Part shown: piece by piece, positions 37,880 to 51,134 of the stretch
Layout: the number at the start of each line of letters is the position of its first letter
Position numbering within the stretch: the stretch's first letter is position 1
Source of the DNA: Mytilus californianus
Taxonomy: Eukaryota
Reading direction: 5' to 3'
Length of the DNA: 64,000 nt
NCBI RefSeq assembly: GCF_021869535.1
Contig: NW_026262745.1
Span: 60,388,001 to 60,452,000 of the forward strand
Program-made: the position numbers and the translations under genes
Notes under the pieces: model-generated
What the model saw: the letters and a program-made list of their open reading frames with translations, nothing else
The model's database searches: none
What the model was told of the DNA's origin: nothing

Positions 37880-39412
37880 ACATGTTACATAAATTAGGCA
37901 AATGTTCAAAGTCAATGAATCATGACTGAGATACTTGGCTTAGCAATCTCAATGTAAATGAGATGTGCCAATGTTAATACAACTGCTTATCATATACTTG
38001 TATAAAATATGACTAAAATTTTACAGTTCAATAACATTTAAAAATATTAAAAGGCTATAAAAGGATTACTAGGCATATTGACCAGATTCCTAAGAAATTA
38101 CTCAGCGGGCTGATAAAGTAACCTTTATTGACTGCTTCCGGAATGTTATCACATGCTTTCCATTAATTTCCGTGACGTTTATCACATGCAACTGCGTGCA
38201 TTTCCCGAAATTTGTTCGAAAACGACAACACAGTGCGGAAAACCGCAAGTGATTTAAGACTTTTCACAAAATGGTTGAGGAGCAAATTTCAAACTAAGAA
38301 CATGATAATTGTTGTGACAAGATAAATAAAATGCTTGTTATATCAATAAAAACAATTAAAGTTAAGAAATTAGTATTAAGTTGTCTGTAAATTATTATCT
38401 AAAAATTCATAGAAAGACAAAATTTTAACTAATAGTTCTTATCTGTATTTCTTCTCCTGAAGTATATGATAAAAAGATCATATGCATTACACGTCATTTT
38501 TCATATCGGACCCTTTACCTGCCCTCGTTATTGATATCAGCCCTCGAGACTGCGGCTCTTGGGCTGATATCATGACCTAGGGCCGATAAAGGGTCAGATA
38601 TGAAAAATGCCATGTAATAATCTATACATACCAAATATCATTGACTTATTATAAGTCGTTCCCTTTAAACAAACCTAAACACAAACATTAACTTGTAAAC
38701 TTTGAAAAAGTTTCAAAATCAATGAACCATGAAGAGGGGGTGGAGCTATATAATCCCCATGGAAGCAATACTTACAAATGCCATTAAATTTGCATACCAA
38801 ATACCATTAACTTAACATTAATATTTCATCTTAAACTGATCTAATCACAAACTAATACATATAAACTAAGCAAAAGTTTCAAAGTCAATAGACCATGACT
38901 GAAAGGATGGGGCCAAATATTCTACATGGAAATGAGATGTGCTAATGCTGATACACCTGAATACCAATTAACATTGACCTACCACTAATGGTTCCCCCTG
39001 AACTGACCTAATCACAAACTAATACATGTACATGTTAACTAAGCAATTTTTTCAAAGTCAATAGACTATGATTAAGGAGGCGGAGCCAAATAAACTCCAT
39101 GGAAATGCGATATGTCAATGCTTATACAACTGCATACCAAATATCATTGATCTACCACTAGTGGTTCCCCATAAACTGACCTAATCACACACTAATACAT
39201 GTATAATAAGCAAAAGTTTCAAAGTCAATAGACCATGACTGATGAGGCAGGGCCAAATAATTTCCATGCATGACAATGAGATGTGCCAATGCTAATACAA
39301 CTGCATACCAAATATGATTGACCTATACCACTTGTGGTTCACCATAAACTAGACCAAATCACAAACTAATACATTGTTGACGCCGCCGACGACAGAAACA
39401 GCGAGACAAAAA
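37880..39412 (-). mobile_element. Helentron-like element carrying a ~180-bp satellite array, inside cGLR3 intron 1
   Basis: Repeated caaaagtttcaaagtcaatagaccatgac...gcataccaaatatcattgac...aactgacctaatcacaaactaatacat units (about 38620-39375), ending gacgccgccgacgac...gcgagacaaaaa. Confidence 0.75.
38486..38618. mobile_element. 133-bp palindromic MITE nested in the 37880 element
   Basis: attacacgtcatttttcatatcggacccttta ... taaagggtcagatatgaaaaatgccatgtaat inverted arms. Confidence 0.8.
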
Positions 39413-39862
39413 TAGAAACAATGATTCAGTTACGTAAAATAACATTTGAAACACGTGATCGTAATATCCAATGAAAACAGTAGAATGCTATACACCATAT
39501 GTAATTCAGTACCGCTTACGTATGGATAGGACTTTATCATGTTATGTCTTGAAAAAGAGTAGACTCTAGAAAAGTCAAGTACTGTTTTCTAATTTTTGTT
39601 GCTTCAATTCGGGAAATTTGTATGGGAAATGTCCTTAAAATATTTCCAATGTTACATTGGTTAAACGAGGAAGCTATATTGATATACTGTCCCCAGGTTA
39701 AACATTTGTTTTGAAAGTATAGGTTAACGTGCGCTTTTTTCTCTCGCTTTTAATTTACGTGAAAAAGAAAGTTGACAAAGAATGATGAATTATTTATATA
39801 CTTTAAAGATTATATAAATTGAGAATTTTTAACTATTCTAATATTACGTAGGTATTCCTTAC

Positions 39863-39869
39863 CTGCCAT
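39863..39869 (-). CDS. 7-nt first coding exon of cGLR paralogue 3 (ATG GCA G, giving M-A-D-T-V-T-T)
   Basis: Minus strand reads taacag-ctcaaacaaa-ATGGCAG|gtaagg: aaaATGG start context, a strong donor, and phase 1 restoring the frame of exon 2. Confidence 0.75.
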
Positions 39870-39928
39870 TTTGTTTGAGCTGTTAAAGTTGGGTATTTCC
39901 GTAAATCATCATGATCATGTTAAATCTG

Positions 39929-39938
39929 CTTTCGTTTC
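39929..39938 (-). promoter_or_regulatory. ISRE/IRF-element-like motif GAAACGAAAG 60 nt upstream of the cGLR3 ATG
   Basis: Plus strand ctttcgtttc; the core GAAACGAAA is the one in the human OAS1 ISRE. A second copy lies at 40936-40945. Short motif in AT-rich DNA. Confidence 0.35.
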
Positions 39939-41548
39939 TTTTTTCTAATCAAATATCAAATCAAATAATTTTTTATGTGTTTATTTTCTAATCTATGTGT
40001 TATTTAGGGAATATACATTATAAACATAGTAATTAAAATGACAAACGTATACACATTCATGAACAGAAGAGCCAGTTGGGTAAAGGAAAGACAACTCCAC
40101 TTTACATAAATGTGTATTCGATCATGTTTTTGTTTAAATGTACTTTAATCATTCTAATCATTCTAATCATTTAGTGTACTTTATTTTGTATTTCGTTTGA
40201 TTGTATAGCTCAAATTTTAGGCACAATGATTGGTTAATAGATCATCATACAGTGTAATATATAACATGTATAAATATCCCATCGGAATCTTAAATTATAA
40301 ATGGTAAATTATCATCAAATTAAATCAATTTATTTGAAAGTTCACCTTTCAATTAAGCTCCTAAATGAACTCCAGAAATTCATCTCCTGATTTGTATATA
40401 TAAGTATAGGTCATTCTCTATTAGATATTCATAGTAAAGGTATCAGTGTTATTTTTCAGCACAAGTCAGGATAAGGTATATATAAGGCAAAATCATATCC
40501 GCGGATAAAATATCATTTGGCGAAAAAAATGTTACAGATGATATTGTTAGATTTTTCCGTAGGAAAATATTTCATTGTGAGACTATTTTCCATTGCCATG
40601 AAATTTTTGCCAGGAAGTTAAATTATTGAATTGTTAATAAAATAAACTAAATCTTTACAAATAATATGGAATAATTTGAATATAAGCTAAATTAGTGATC
40701 ATGAATAAAAACCAAATAAATGTATCAAAATGGGAAATGTTTTCAAAGATAATAATTAAAAATAATACCCTGAATGAGGTTTTAAGTAAATATCATTCTT
40801 TTTCAAGACAATTATTATGAAACATATAAAACAAAACGAGAAGTGATTTCACAAATCTCAATTGTTAGAACATACTCTCCCCTTTTCGTCCGATTCAAAG
40901 TCAGTTTTTTTCCCTTTAAATTTCATAGTACATGGCTTTCGTTTCTTTTATCTAGTCAATTATCAAATCAAATATTTTTTTATGTGTTTATTTTCTAATC
41001 TATCTGTTATTTCGGAATATACATTATAAACATAGTAATTAAAATGACAAACGTATACACATTCATGAACAGGAGAGCCAGTTGGGTAAAGGAAAGACAA
41101 CTCCACTTTACATAAATGTGTATTCGATCATGTTTTTGTTTAAATGTACTTTAATCATTCTTATCATTCTAATCATTTAGTGTACTTTATTTTGTAATTC
41201 GTTTGATTTTTATAGCTAAAATTTTAGGCACAATGATTGGTTTATAAAATTGTCTTATTTTATCTTATCTTATCTAGTGTCGGCAAATTGTTTCATTCTG
41301 TTAAATGGTGGGTTGCTTATCATTTGGGAGCCCGGAATTCACTTCATGTTATTGGGTGTACAGGATTTATATGTGCCAAAAATATGGGTCATGATTTTGC
41401 GAGATTTTATATAAAAATGACCCTCCTTTTTATATCATCCTATATTAAAATGCCTTTACGTTTGGTAACTGATTTAGGGTATGTATGATCATGGGAGTAT
41501 TATATTGACGTCAATATAATACTTCCATGGTATTATCTACATATCATA

Positions 41549-43683
41549 CACTACAAAAGTCTAAAAGTCTGAAAAGACTAGTTTTTGTCTTAATTTGCAT
41601 GAACTTTTACTCGACATTCTCCAAAAGTATGACTTGTGTCTTAATTTTTCTTGACAAATTCTCATTTATATTAAATTTGTATGAAATTTACTCGACATAT
41701 TCTCGACATTCTGAATATGGTCTTAAAATTTCTTGACAAATTCTTGACATTTGAATACTGTCTTGAAATTTCTCGACATGTTCTCGACATTCTTATTTTT
41801 TCTCAGTATGGCTTGACATATTCTGAACATTTTGAATCGTGTCTTAAATTTACTTGACAGTTCTGAGTTTTACAAATCATGACCAATATTCATGATATAA
41901 CTTTAATCTTTATTTCTCTTTATATGATATACTGTTGTTTCAAGTTACACTTCTTTACAACAAAAATAAAAGTTGGGCATGTAAAATCATTGAAAATTTG
42001 GGTATATAAATATTTTTACAAATGCAAATATGGCTATGAAATCTAAAGTATAAAATAATTCAAATGTGGGTGTGTTGATATAAAACAATTTCAATGTGGG
42101 TTTTCAAATAATTACAAATTTTGATTCCTAAATCTTATAAATTAAATGATTCAAACCAATCATACTGTAGACATATTTCATTCTACATTCATAATATTCA
42201 ATGTTGATATGGTAAATAATTATTATACCAAAATGTGGTTTATATAAATAGCAAATTATGATGATATACAAATCATTCATTTAACAGAAGAAAAATTTGT
42301 GTAATGTCATCTGTTGGAATATATTAAGTATTAATTACACATGAACAGGATGTTCCCCATAAAATTAAGGTATTCCACACCCCAGAGTACACGCAACTGT
42401 CAAATAGAAGTTATTGCTTTACCTGTAATCAGCCATACAACTTATCAGTTGACCGACCATGCCACTACAATTTAAAAAGTTTGTTTATAGATGAAAATGA
42501 AAATCATCATTTTGATGAAAAAAAATTGAATTGAAATGGATTTTCTTCATCAAAATTATGAAGTTAATTATTTTAACATAAAAACAAATTGAATAATTCC
42601 CAAAGATTAAAAGAAAATTATTATCTACTCCAGGAAGAATAAAAAAAATGTATTTATAATGGGTCCCAACAATATAGAAATCATCGGTCTTATGAAATGG
42701 TTCTCAAACAGACATGCATAATATAGATCTAAACATTTATTTCTTTTCAGGAAGGAGTTATCACAAATATATATTTTTGATAAAAAATTATAAAATTCAA
42801 CACTCAAATTTGAATAAAAAATGTTTTTGGGTTGTTCTAAAAAATGAATAAGGTTTTTGAATCAAGATGGGAACAAATTCTTTGACCTAAACGAAAGCCC
42901 CCCCCCCTTTTTTTTTAGCCACACAAACCCAAAAGGTGAATTGTGGGGTCCAAAAGAGATACAAGGCACCTATTTTAGTAAAGCAAATTTGACTGACAGT
43001 TTTGCGAACGGCAAAAATCTAAATGCTGTTTGTCAATACCTTCGACTTATATTCCAAGTGAAAACAATTACTTAAATGTTTAATAAAAATAAATCAAAAT
43101 TAAACTACATGGGGGATTATTCAGGGTATTCCAACTTAGTTGCACCAAAAGGGTATCTTACTATACCAATTAATCCTTGATTCTTCAAAGTTTAGTTTAA
43201 CCATAATAAAAAGGAGTATATAACAGCAATAGAATGTCATAAACAGTGCAGAATAAGTCTGATTACATTTCAGGCGAAATTTATACTGTTGAGATAGTGT
43301 CAAGACATATTTAAGACTGTCAAGAATGTGTCGAGTCATATTCAGACATTATTTAGAATGTCAAGAATATGTCGAGACATATTCAGACATTATTAAGAAT
43401 GTCAAGAATATGTCAAGACAGATCGAGACAAATTTAAGACAGTCAAGAATTGGTCGAGACTAATCCAGACTCTTATCAGATGATACAGGAAGTGTCGAGA
43501 AATTTTAAGACAATGTTCATACTGTCAAGACACTTGTCAAGAAAAATCAAGAACCTTATTAGACAAATTCATACTATGTCAAGAATTTTTAAAAATTATT
43601 CAGACAAATTAAGAATGTCGAGTAAAAATTCATGCAAATTCAGACAAAAACTGGTCTTTTCAGACTTTTTGACTTTTGTAGTG
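41549..43683. mobile_element. Non-autonomous CACTA (CMC-EnSpm) element, 2135 bp
   Basis: Termini CACTACAAAAGTC...GACTTTTGTAGTG, ~70-bp TIRs, 3-bp TSD ATA on both sides, dense subterminal tcttgaca/tcgacattct repeats, no transposase ORF. Confidence 0.9.
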
Positions 43684-45920
43684 ATAGACTCTGAGATCAT
43701 AGATCATCATACAGTGTAATATATAACATGTATAGATATGCCATCGGAATCTTAAATTATAAATGGTAAATTATTATCAAATTAAATCAATCTATTTGAA
43801 AGTTCACCTTTCAATTAAGTTCCTAAATGAACTCCAGAAATTCATCTCCTGATTTGTATATATAAGTATAGGTTATTCTCTCTTAGATATTCATAGTAAA
43901 GGTATCAGTGTTATTTTTCAGCACAAGTCAGGATAAGGTATATATGTAAGGCAAAATCATATCCGCGGATAAAATATCATTTGGCGAAAAAAATGTTACA
44001 AATGATATTATACATTTTTCCGTAGGAAAATATTTCATTGTGAGACTATTTTCCATTGCCATGAAATTTTTTCCAGGAAGTCAAATTATTGAATTGTTAA
44101 TAAAAAAAACTAAATATTTGCAAATAATATGGAATAATTTGAATATAATCTAAATTAGTGAATGAAAAACCAAATAAATGTATCATAATGGGAAATGTTT
44201 TCAAAGATAATAATTAAAAATAATACCGTGAATGAGGTATAAAGTAAATATCATTCTTTTTCAAGACAATTATCATGAAACATATAAAACAAAACAAGAA
44301 GTAATTTCACAAATCTTAATTGTTAGAACATACTCACCCCTTCTCGTCCAATGAAAAGTCAGTTTTTTCCCCTCTAATTTTCATAGTACACGGCTTTCCA
44401 TGCACTATGAAATGCTTTACATGAATGACTTTTCATTGCAGATTAATTATGAAAGTGAACTCTTAATAACTGCACTAACGAAGTGTTCAATCCCCTGAGG
44501 CATTTTCCTTTTGAAAATAGCCTCTTGATTAAAGATGAAAGAGAAAATAATAAAAAAACAACATTGTGAATTTTGCAAATTTTTATACATTTTGTAATGG
44601 TACACATATATTGAATAAACAAAAAATGAAATGGGGGTAAAGATGTAGGTAAAATAATATTTATTTAATTTATACAACTGACAATTGAGTGAATTGTAAT
44701 TTTTTTCTTCAAGAAAACAATGCCAGACTGCAGCGCTGATGTATAAAGCAAAAATACAATACATGTACATTTATCAATAAAAAGTTACAGCATCTAATAT
44801 TAAATGGTCTGAATTAAAATATTTATACAGTGAGATTTATAATTATAAAAAAAAATCAAATTTCAAAAAACGGATTAATATAACATTGTGTGCTTTTAAA
44901 AAAAAATAAGATAGGGTATGTTGGTAATACGTCGACCGGTCTTACATTCTATATAAGTATTAAATTTTACCTGAAGCAGAAGAAAAACAATTTATCCTTT
45001 TGGTCCTCGCAAACTATGTCAGTGCTATTTCATTCCATCCATTGAAATGATCATTACCTATGTTTTACATTCAGTTCATTATAAAAAGTGAACTCTTATT
45101 TAGGTTTGAATATTACAATTTAGAACATACTCACCCCTTCTCGTCCAATGAAAAGTCAGATTTTCCCTTCTAATTTTCATAGTACATGGCTTTCCATGCA
45201 CTATAAAATGCTATACATGAAAGACTTCTCATTGTAGATTAATTATGAAATTATGAAAGTGAACTCTTGATAACTTCACTAAAGAAGTGAACAATCCCCT
45301 GAGGAATTTTCCTTGGGAAAATAGCCTACTGATTAAAGATGAAAGAGAAACGAATTATAAAAAACATTTTGAACATTGCAAATCTTTATATTAATGGTAC
45401 ATATATATAACAAACAAAAAATAAAATAAAATGGGGGCAAAGATGTAGGTAAAATTATTTTTTATACAATTTTTATACCAGTCATTCGAGTTGATTATTT
45501 TTTTTTTCAAGAAAACAATGTCAGACTGCTGATATATAAAGCAAAGGATTTTTTTTAGAACAAAAACCCACAATACATGTACATAAAAAAAAAATAAGCA
45601 TCTGATGTTGAATGGTCGTAATTCAAATATTTATAGAGTTAGTTTTATAATTATCAAAAAATATTCAAATTTCAGAAAGCGGATTGATATAACATTGTGT
45701 GCTAATTAAAATCAAGAAATTTAAGGTATATAACTAATAAAGTATTACATTTTTACCTGATACAGAAGAAAAAACTCAAATGTTTGAACAATTTATCCTT
45801 TTTGTCCTCACAAACTATGTCAGTGCTATTTCATTCCATCCATTGTAATGGTCATTACCTATGTTATATACTCACTTCATCATAAAAAGTGAATTCTTAT
45901 TTAGTTTTGAATATTACAAT

Positions 45921-46228
45921 GGGAAAGGATAATTTTGTAAAGTCACTCGAAAGTGTGAGTATGTTCTAAAGTGGTCAGACAATACTTGGTCATGTTTTAT
46001 GAAGATTTAAAGCCCTCGGCTACGCCTTGGGCTTTAAATCTTCATAAAACATGACCAAGTATTGTCTAACCTATAAGGAAAGGATAATTTTGTAATGTCA
46101 CTCGAAAGTGTGAATATGTTCTAAATTGGTCAGACAATACTTGGTCATGTATTATGAAGATGTAAAGCCCTCGGCTTCGCCTTGGGCTTAAATCTTCATA
46201 AAACATGACCAAGTTTTGTCTAACCTAT
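45921..46228. repeat. Two tandem ~155-bp units, each containing a ~99-nt near-perfect palindromic MITE
   Basis: 43-bp stem (42/43 paired) with loop tcggctacgcctt at 45973-46071; second copy starts at 46128. Confidence 0.9.
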
Positions 46229-46416
46229 AATGAAATAATATCATGATCAATAAGGTAAGTGAAATACAGGTAAAAGTGAGTTGTTTTTAGATCTCAGTAC
46301 AAATAAATTGTGAACGTAATTAATAAGTACATTTATTAAAAGTGCAGTTTAATTTTTAAAGTAGTTGGTGATAATGTGACAAAATCAGATGAATCATAAC
46401 GCAACAATATATAATA

Positions 46417-47705
46417 AACTGCTTCGCTGAGCGCAGCTATATACGCCCGCAGAGGTCCAGCCCTGAACAGTTGGGGCAAAAATGGACACAATATTCAAGC
46501 TTGATACAGGTCTGAATTTGGATTGTAATTAAATATTTGACATATTATAGGTTTCTGAATAAATGTAGTCAAAGAACTTGAAATTGGTTATATGAATTGA
46601 ATTTATATTCAATTAAAGATTTCTTGCTGTTGTGCAATACACTGTGCTGTTGCGCAATACTTAGTAAATCTGTTGTCAGACTATAAACAAACAATAACTT
46701 CTCAATGTTATATCAGAAATTTATAAAAAAAAAACTAAAGGGAAGTTATCTTAATAGATATAAATCAGTCATCAAAGTTTAATGAAAACTGATCTAAGCA
46801 CTTTAAGGATATTGTCCAAAAACTTGAAAATCAACCCTTTTTTATGAATAAAATCTTATAACTCGGAAACGTAATATCTTAAATTTATAAAAATCAAAAG
46901 GGAGCTTACAACAATAGATATAAACAATTTACCAAAGTTTCATAAATAATGCTGAAAGCATTTTTGAGTTATTGTCCGAAAACTGGAAAATCCCCCTTTT
47001 TGTAATGAATAAAACCCCATAAATCGGAAACGTATAGTCTAAAATTAAAAAAAAATCAAAAGGGAGCTCATGGCGATATAAATAAACAATTCACCAAAGT
47101 TTCTTGCAAATTGGTGAAATTGTTTTTGAGTTATATTGTCCAAAAACCCCCCTATTTTAATGAATAAAACCCCGTAACTCGGAAATGTAAAATGTAAAAT
47201 TTATAAAATTCTAAAGGGAGCTTACATCAATACTGAATATATATAAACAATTCACCAAAGTTTCATAAAAAATGCTGAAAGCATTTTTGAGTTATTGTCC
47301 GAAAACTGGAAAATCCCCCTTTTTGTAACGAATAAAACCCTATAAATCGGAAACGTATGGTCTAAAATTTATAAAAATCAAAAGGTAGCTCATGTCAATA
47401 GAAATAAACAATTCACCAAAGTTTCTTGCAAATTGGAGAAATTGTTTTTGAGTTATTGTCCACAAACTGGAAAATCCCCCCTTTTTTAATGAATAAAACC
47501 CCAAAACTCGGAAACCGTAAATCCGAAATTTATAAAAAAAAAAAAACGAAAGGGAGCTCACGTCAATAGATATAAACAATTCACCAAAGTTTCATGCATA
47601 TTGGTTAAAGCGTTTTTGAGTTAATGTCCGACATGTTGACGACGGACGGACGGACAGACGGTCAACGGTATACCATAATACGTCCCGTAAACGGGCGTAT
47701 AAAAA
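46417..47705 (+). mobile_element. Helentron-like (HINE) element with a ~160-bp satellite array (~5 copies)
   Basis: Start aactgcttcgctgagcgcagct; aaacaatt(c/t)accaaagttt repeats near 46923, 47084, 47245, 47405 and 47574; gacggacgg microsatellite; terminal hairpin tacgtcccgtaaacgggcgta followed by taaaaa. Confidence 0.85.
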
Positions 47706-49047
47706 CAAAAACAATTTCAACAGGTGATAGTATTTACCTGTGAAATATTTCCTGTCTTGAAAATTTTAAATTAAAGTAATTCTTTAATATTAATTAATAA
47801 AAAAAAAATTAAGAATAAAGGAAAAATTTCACTATGAAATCGATTCCTGAATGAAATATCTATAAAATGAAAATTTCTCATAATTACCTCCCTTTGATTG
47901 ATAAATTATTTAATTATGATCTACCTTGGTGACAAATTCATCATTATGGTCAGGTATATATAGATTGCAAGTACCTTACATAGTAGACCATGGGATTGTA
48001 TTTCATAATTAAGCTTCCGTAAAATGTGTAACGGAAAAGATTTACTGTTAAATACTATCCGTATATGATGGATAGAATTTCACTCCTCTGGACAAATTAT
48101 AATCTACCCGTGAAAAACCATGTCTGGAAAAAAATTAATGTGACAAATTCTCCTCCGGATATAATATCACAGAGGAAGAAATAAACTGTTACATATATGG
48201 CTTTGACAAGAAATGACTGCCACTTTATTTGAACTTAAAACAAAGTAGCCAATAATGCTTGAAATTGCAGAATTTGACATAGAGAGCAATGGAGCTATGG
48301 ATTGCATGGTAGTTTTATACCTAAACCACAAAATAAGCAAATCCACTATTCTATGTCCTTCTTCTGCGATATCGGGTTCATGAGTATGCATTTTCAATGA
48401 ACGACATGGTGTTCAATATACCTATAGTAGTCTTAGGAGCATTGAACAGTTGAAACTGTATTTGAATACAAAATGGGTGCGTACGAAAAACAGGGGCGAA
48501 CGTGTACAGTGCGAACGTGTTCTGGGAGCGAACGGACACGATGCCAAATAGACCTCAGATATCTAGTATTAATATTGTAACTCACATTACAGCATACCAT
48601 GCTGGTGATTTGCAATAAAACATCGAGAATGAAACATGCATGCAGCATAGTATTATTATTGAACAGAAGACCTCGCATTCGTAATTTGTAAATGTTCATA
48701 ATGGGGCGAAATACATTTGGACCGAAATAGTTAAATCCATAGGATCACTGCTGCGTTTAACAACTAGGAAAATGCAAGAGTACATTCAAGTTTACGATAC
48801 ATCGAAGAAAGTGACGAACCAAATTTTAGAACTTTTACAAACTGACAAATATATATTTCCCCTGTATATGTGCAAAGGTTTCCTTCTGCAATAAGGGAAT
48901 ATTATGGTGATGTTATACAACAGTACAGTAAAATAACTACATTATATGTTTGTCTGATCCTATGACTGTCTATTTTTCTTTCTTTTTTTCAATTTTTTGT
49001 GCGGTCCGTTCTACAGTTCTATTTCGGCGCACTCTAAAACTAACAGT

Positions 49048-51134
49048 TTGACCGTACACAAACAGTGGTTATAAATGGAATAACATCAAAAACAGTACCA
49101 GTTACATCAGGTGTGCTCCAAGGAACTGTCCTTGGGCCTATACTCTTTCTAATTTATATAAACGATTTTCCAGAATACCTCGATCACAGCAAATTACGAC
49201 TCTTCGCTGATGATAGCGTTATATACCTTGAAATAACATGTCAACAAGATTGCACAAAACTAAAGCAGATCTTAACGCAGCTGCAAAATGGGAGGCTGAT
49301 TGGCTCATGGCCTTCCATCCAGGAAAATGCACAATTTTGACAATAACACAGAAAATGAAACCATTCAAACACAATTGCATTCTGCATAACCATACTTTAG
49401 AACCAGTAACAACAGCAAAATAACTTGGCGTAACCTTACAGTCAAATTTAAAATGGAACAATCACTATGACAACATCATATCAAATGCAAACAAATATCT
49501 TGGCTTCCTGAAGAGAAACCTAAAAGTATCGAACACCAATATCAAATCCTGTGCATACCAATCCATAGTGAGACCAAAACTTGAATATGCCTGTAGTTTA
49601 TGGGATCCACACACAACAGAATACAAAAATAAACTAGAAATGGTACAGAGGCGTGCGGCCCGTTATGTATGTAACACAGGCATGGGGTAATGCAAATTTG
49701 TAATTGTAATGCATGGTAATGCATTACATTTTTCCAAGTAATTGCATGTTATGTGTAATGCAGCAATTTGTGCATTACATGTAATTGTAATATAATGCAT
49801 TACTTTAGCAAAAAGTTGTGTAATTTCATGCATTACATGGCATTACATGTCATTACATGTCATTACATTTTTCACATACTACATCTTTAACATATTGTTG
49901 GAGTTTTAACTAAACCAAATTTAAGATTTCTTGATTAACTAAGAATATGTTAATCATTAGAATATATTTTTTATTTCATCTTATTTCATACATTTTCCTG
50001 CATCAAAAGATTGATATTTGAAAAGCATAACTGTATTGTTGTCATAAGATCAAAGAATATCTTGTCTTGCTTAAATGAAAGACAATTAAACTTTGTTATA
50101 AACACTAATTAGTTTGTTTTACAATCAATATTTTCACCATTTAGACAATTTTTCATTAAATAATGTCTATGTTTATTTTATTATTAGGGAAGTAATTCAC
50201 TGTAATTAAATATTTCTTTTAAAATTAAAAAAAAAACAACAAAAAGTATATTTATAAAAGTAAAGTCAACATTAAGTTAAAATAATTAAAATTGTAAAAG
50301 TCGAATTAAATAGACTTTTTACATGTATACTTATATTCAATTCATGGAACAGTTACTGCATATGCTAGAATCTTTTGTGACTTCTAGTTGTTTTTCAAAA
50401 TGTTTAATTTTTCTAGTCACTTAATAAAATTTTCAAATGTAATGTGTATTTCAAGGCATTACTTTGCAAAAGTAAATGTAATATAATGCATTACTTTGAT
50501 AAATGCATGTAATTGTAATTGTAATATAATGCATGGTTTGGTCAAAGTAATTGTAATATAATGCTTTACATTGCAATGTAATTCGCCCCATGCCTGAATT
50601 GTAACAACTACCACAATACCAGTAGTGTTGCATCCATGTTAAACAATCTCCAATGGCCCTCACTGAGCGCCGCCTCAAAACCAGATTAATTATGTTCTAC
50701 AAAGTCATCCATGGACTCATTGCAATTCCATCGCTAGTCCTTATACCAGCAGATACTAGAACAAGAAAATTACACAACCAATCATTTCGGCGAATATCCA
50801 CCTCAAAAGACAGTTACAAATGGTCATTTTTTCCGCAAACAATAATCCAATGGAACATGTTACCACAAGTTGTGGTAGCATGTCAAACAATTGAAACCTT
50901 TAGAGATCAGTTGACACCAACTGTTCTCCACAACATAAATTAACTCTATAAATACCAATGTACATATTTTTAATCACTTGTTATTTCTATTTCATGTAAA
51001 TACCACCATTCAAGTATTCTACAAATTTAAAAATAAATTTTTGTTCAACTATATTTTTAATCACATACTCCGTGCATGTAACAGTTCGTAATCTTCAATA
51101 TAAATGAAGCTGAAACTGTATATCAGAAGAAGAA
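49048..51134 (+). mobile_element. 5'-truncated non-LTR retrotransposon (CR1/L2-group LINE): RT C-terminal part and 3' UTR, split by a MITE
   Basis: DRTQTVVING...GVLQGTVLGPILFLIYIND...LRLFADD, WLMAFHPGKC, RPKLEYACSLWDP, LEMVQRRAARYV, then resuming NNYHNTSSVASML...RLIMFYK...KWSFFPQTIIQWNMLP after the insertion. Frameshifts and a stop present; gaagaagaa tail. Confidence 0.9.
49677..50596. mobile_element. 920-bp MITE inserted in the LINE RT region
   Basis: TIRs CAGGCATGGG / CCCATGCCTG, subterminal gtaattgtaatgca/cattacat repeats, and tgtaaca repeated at both junctions (right copy offset by 3 nt). Confidence 0.85.

Larger units (their letters stand above)
39925..45920. repeat. Staggered local duplications upstream of cGLR3
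   Basis: 39925-40235 ~ 40935-41245; 40238-40940 ~ 43700-44405; 44320-44950 ~ 45120-45770; 44990-45130 ~ 45790-45920 (read directly, high identity). Confidence 0.88.

Noticed and set aside
48167-48397. ORF containing EEGHRIVDLLIL, reminiscent of Mutator-like transposase starts
   Set aside because: The expected following CxxC motif is absent in the frames I could read.
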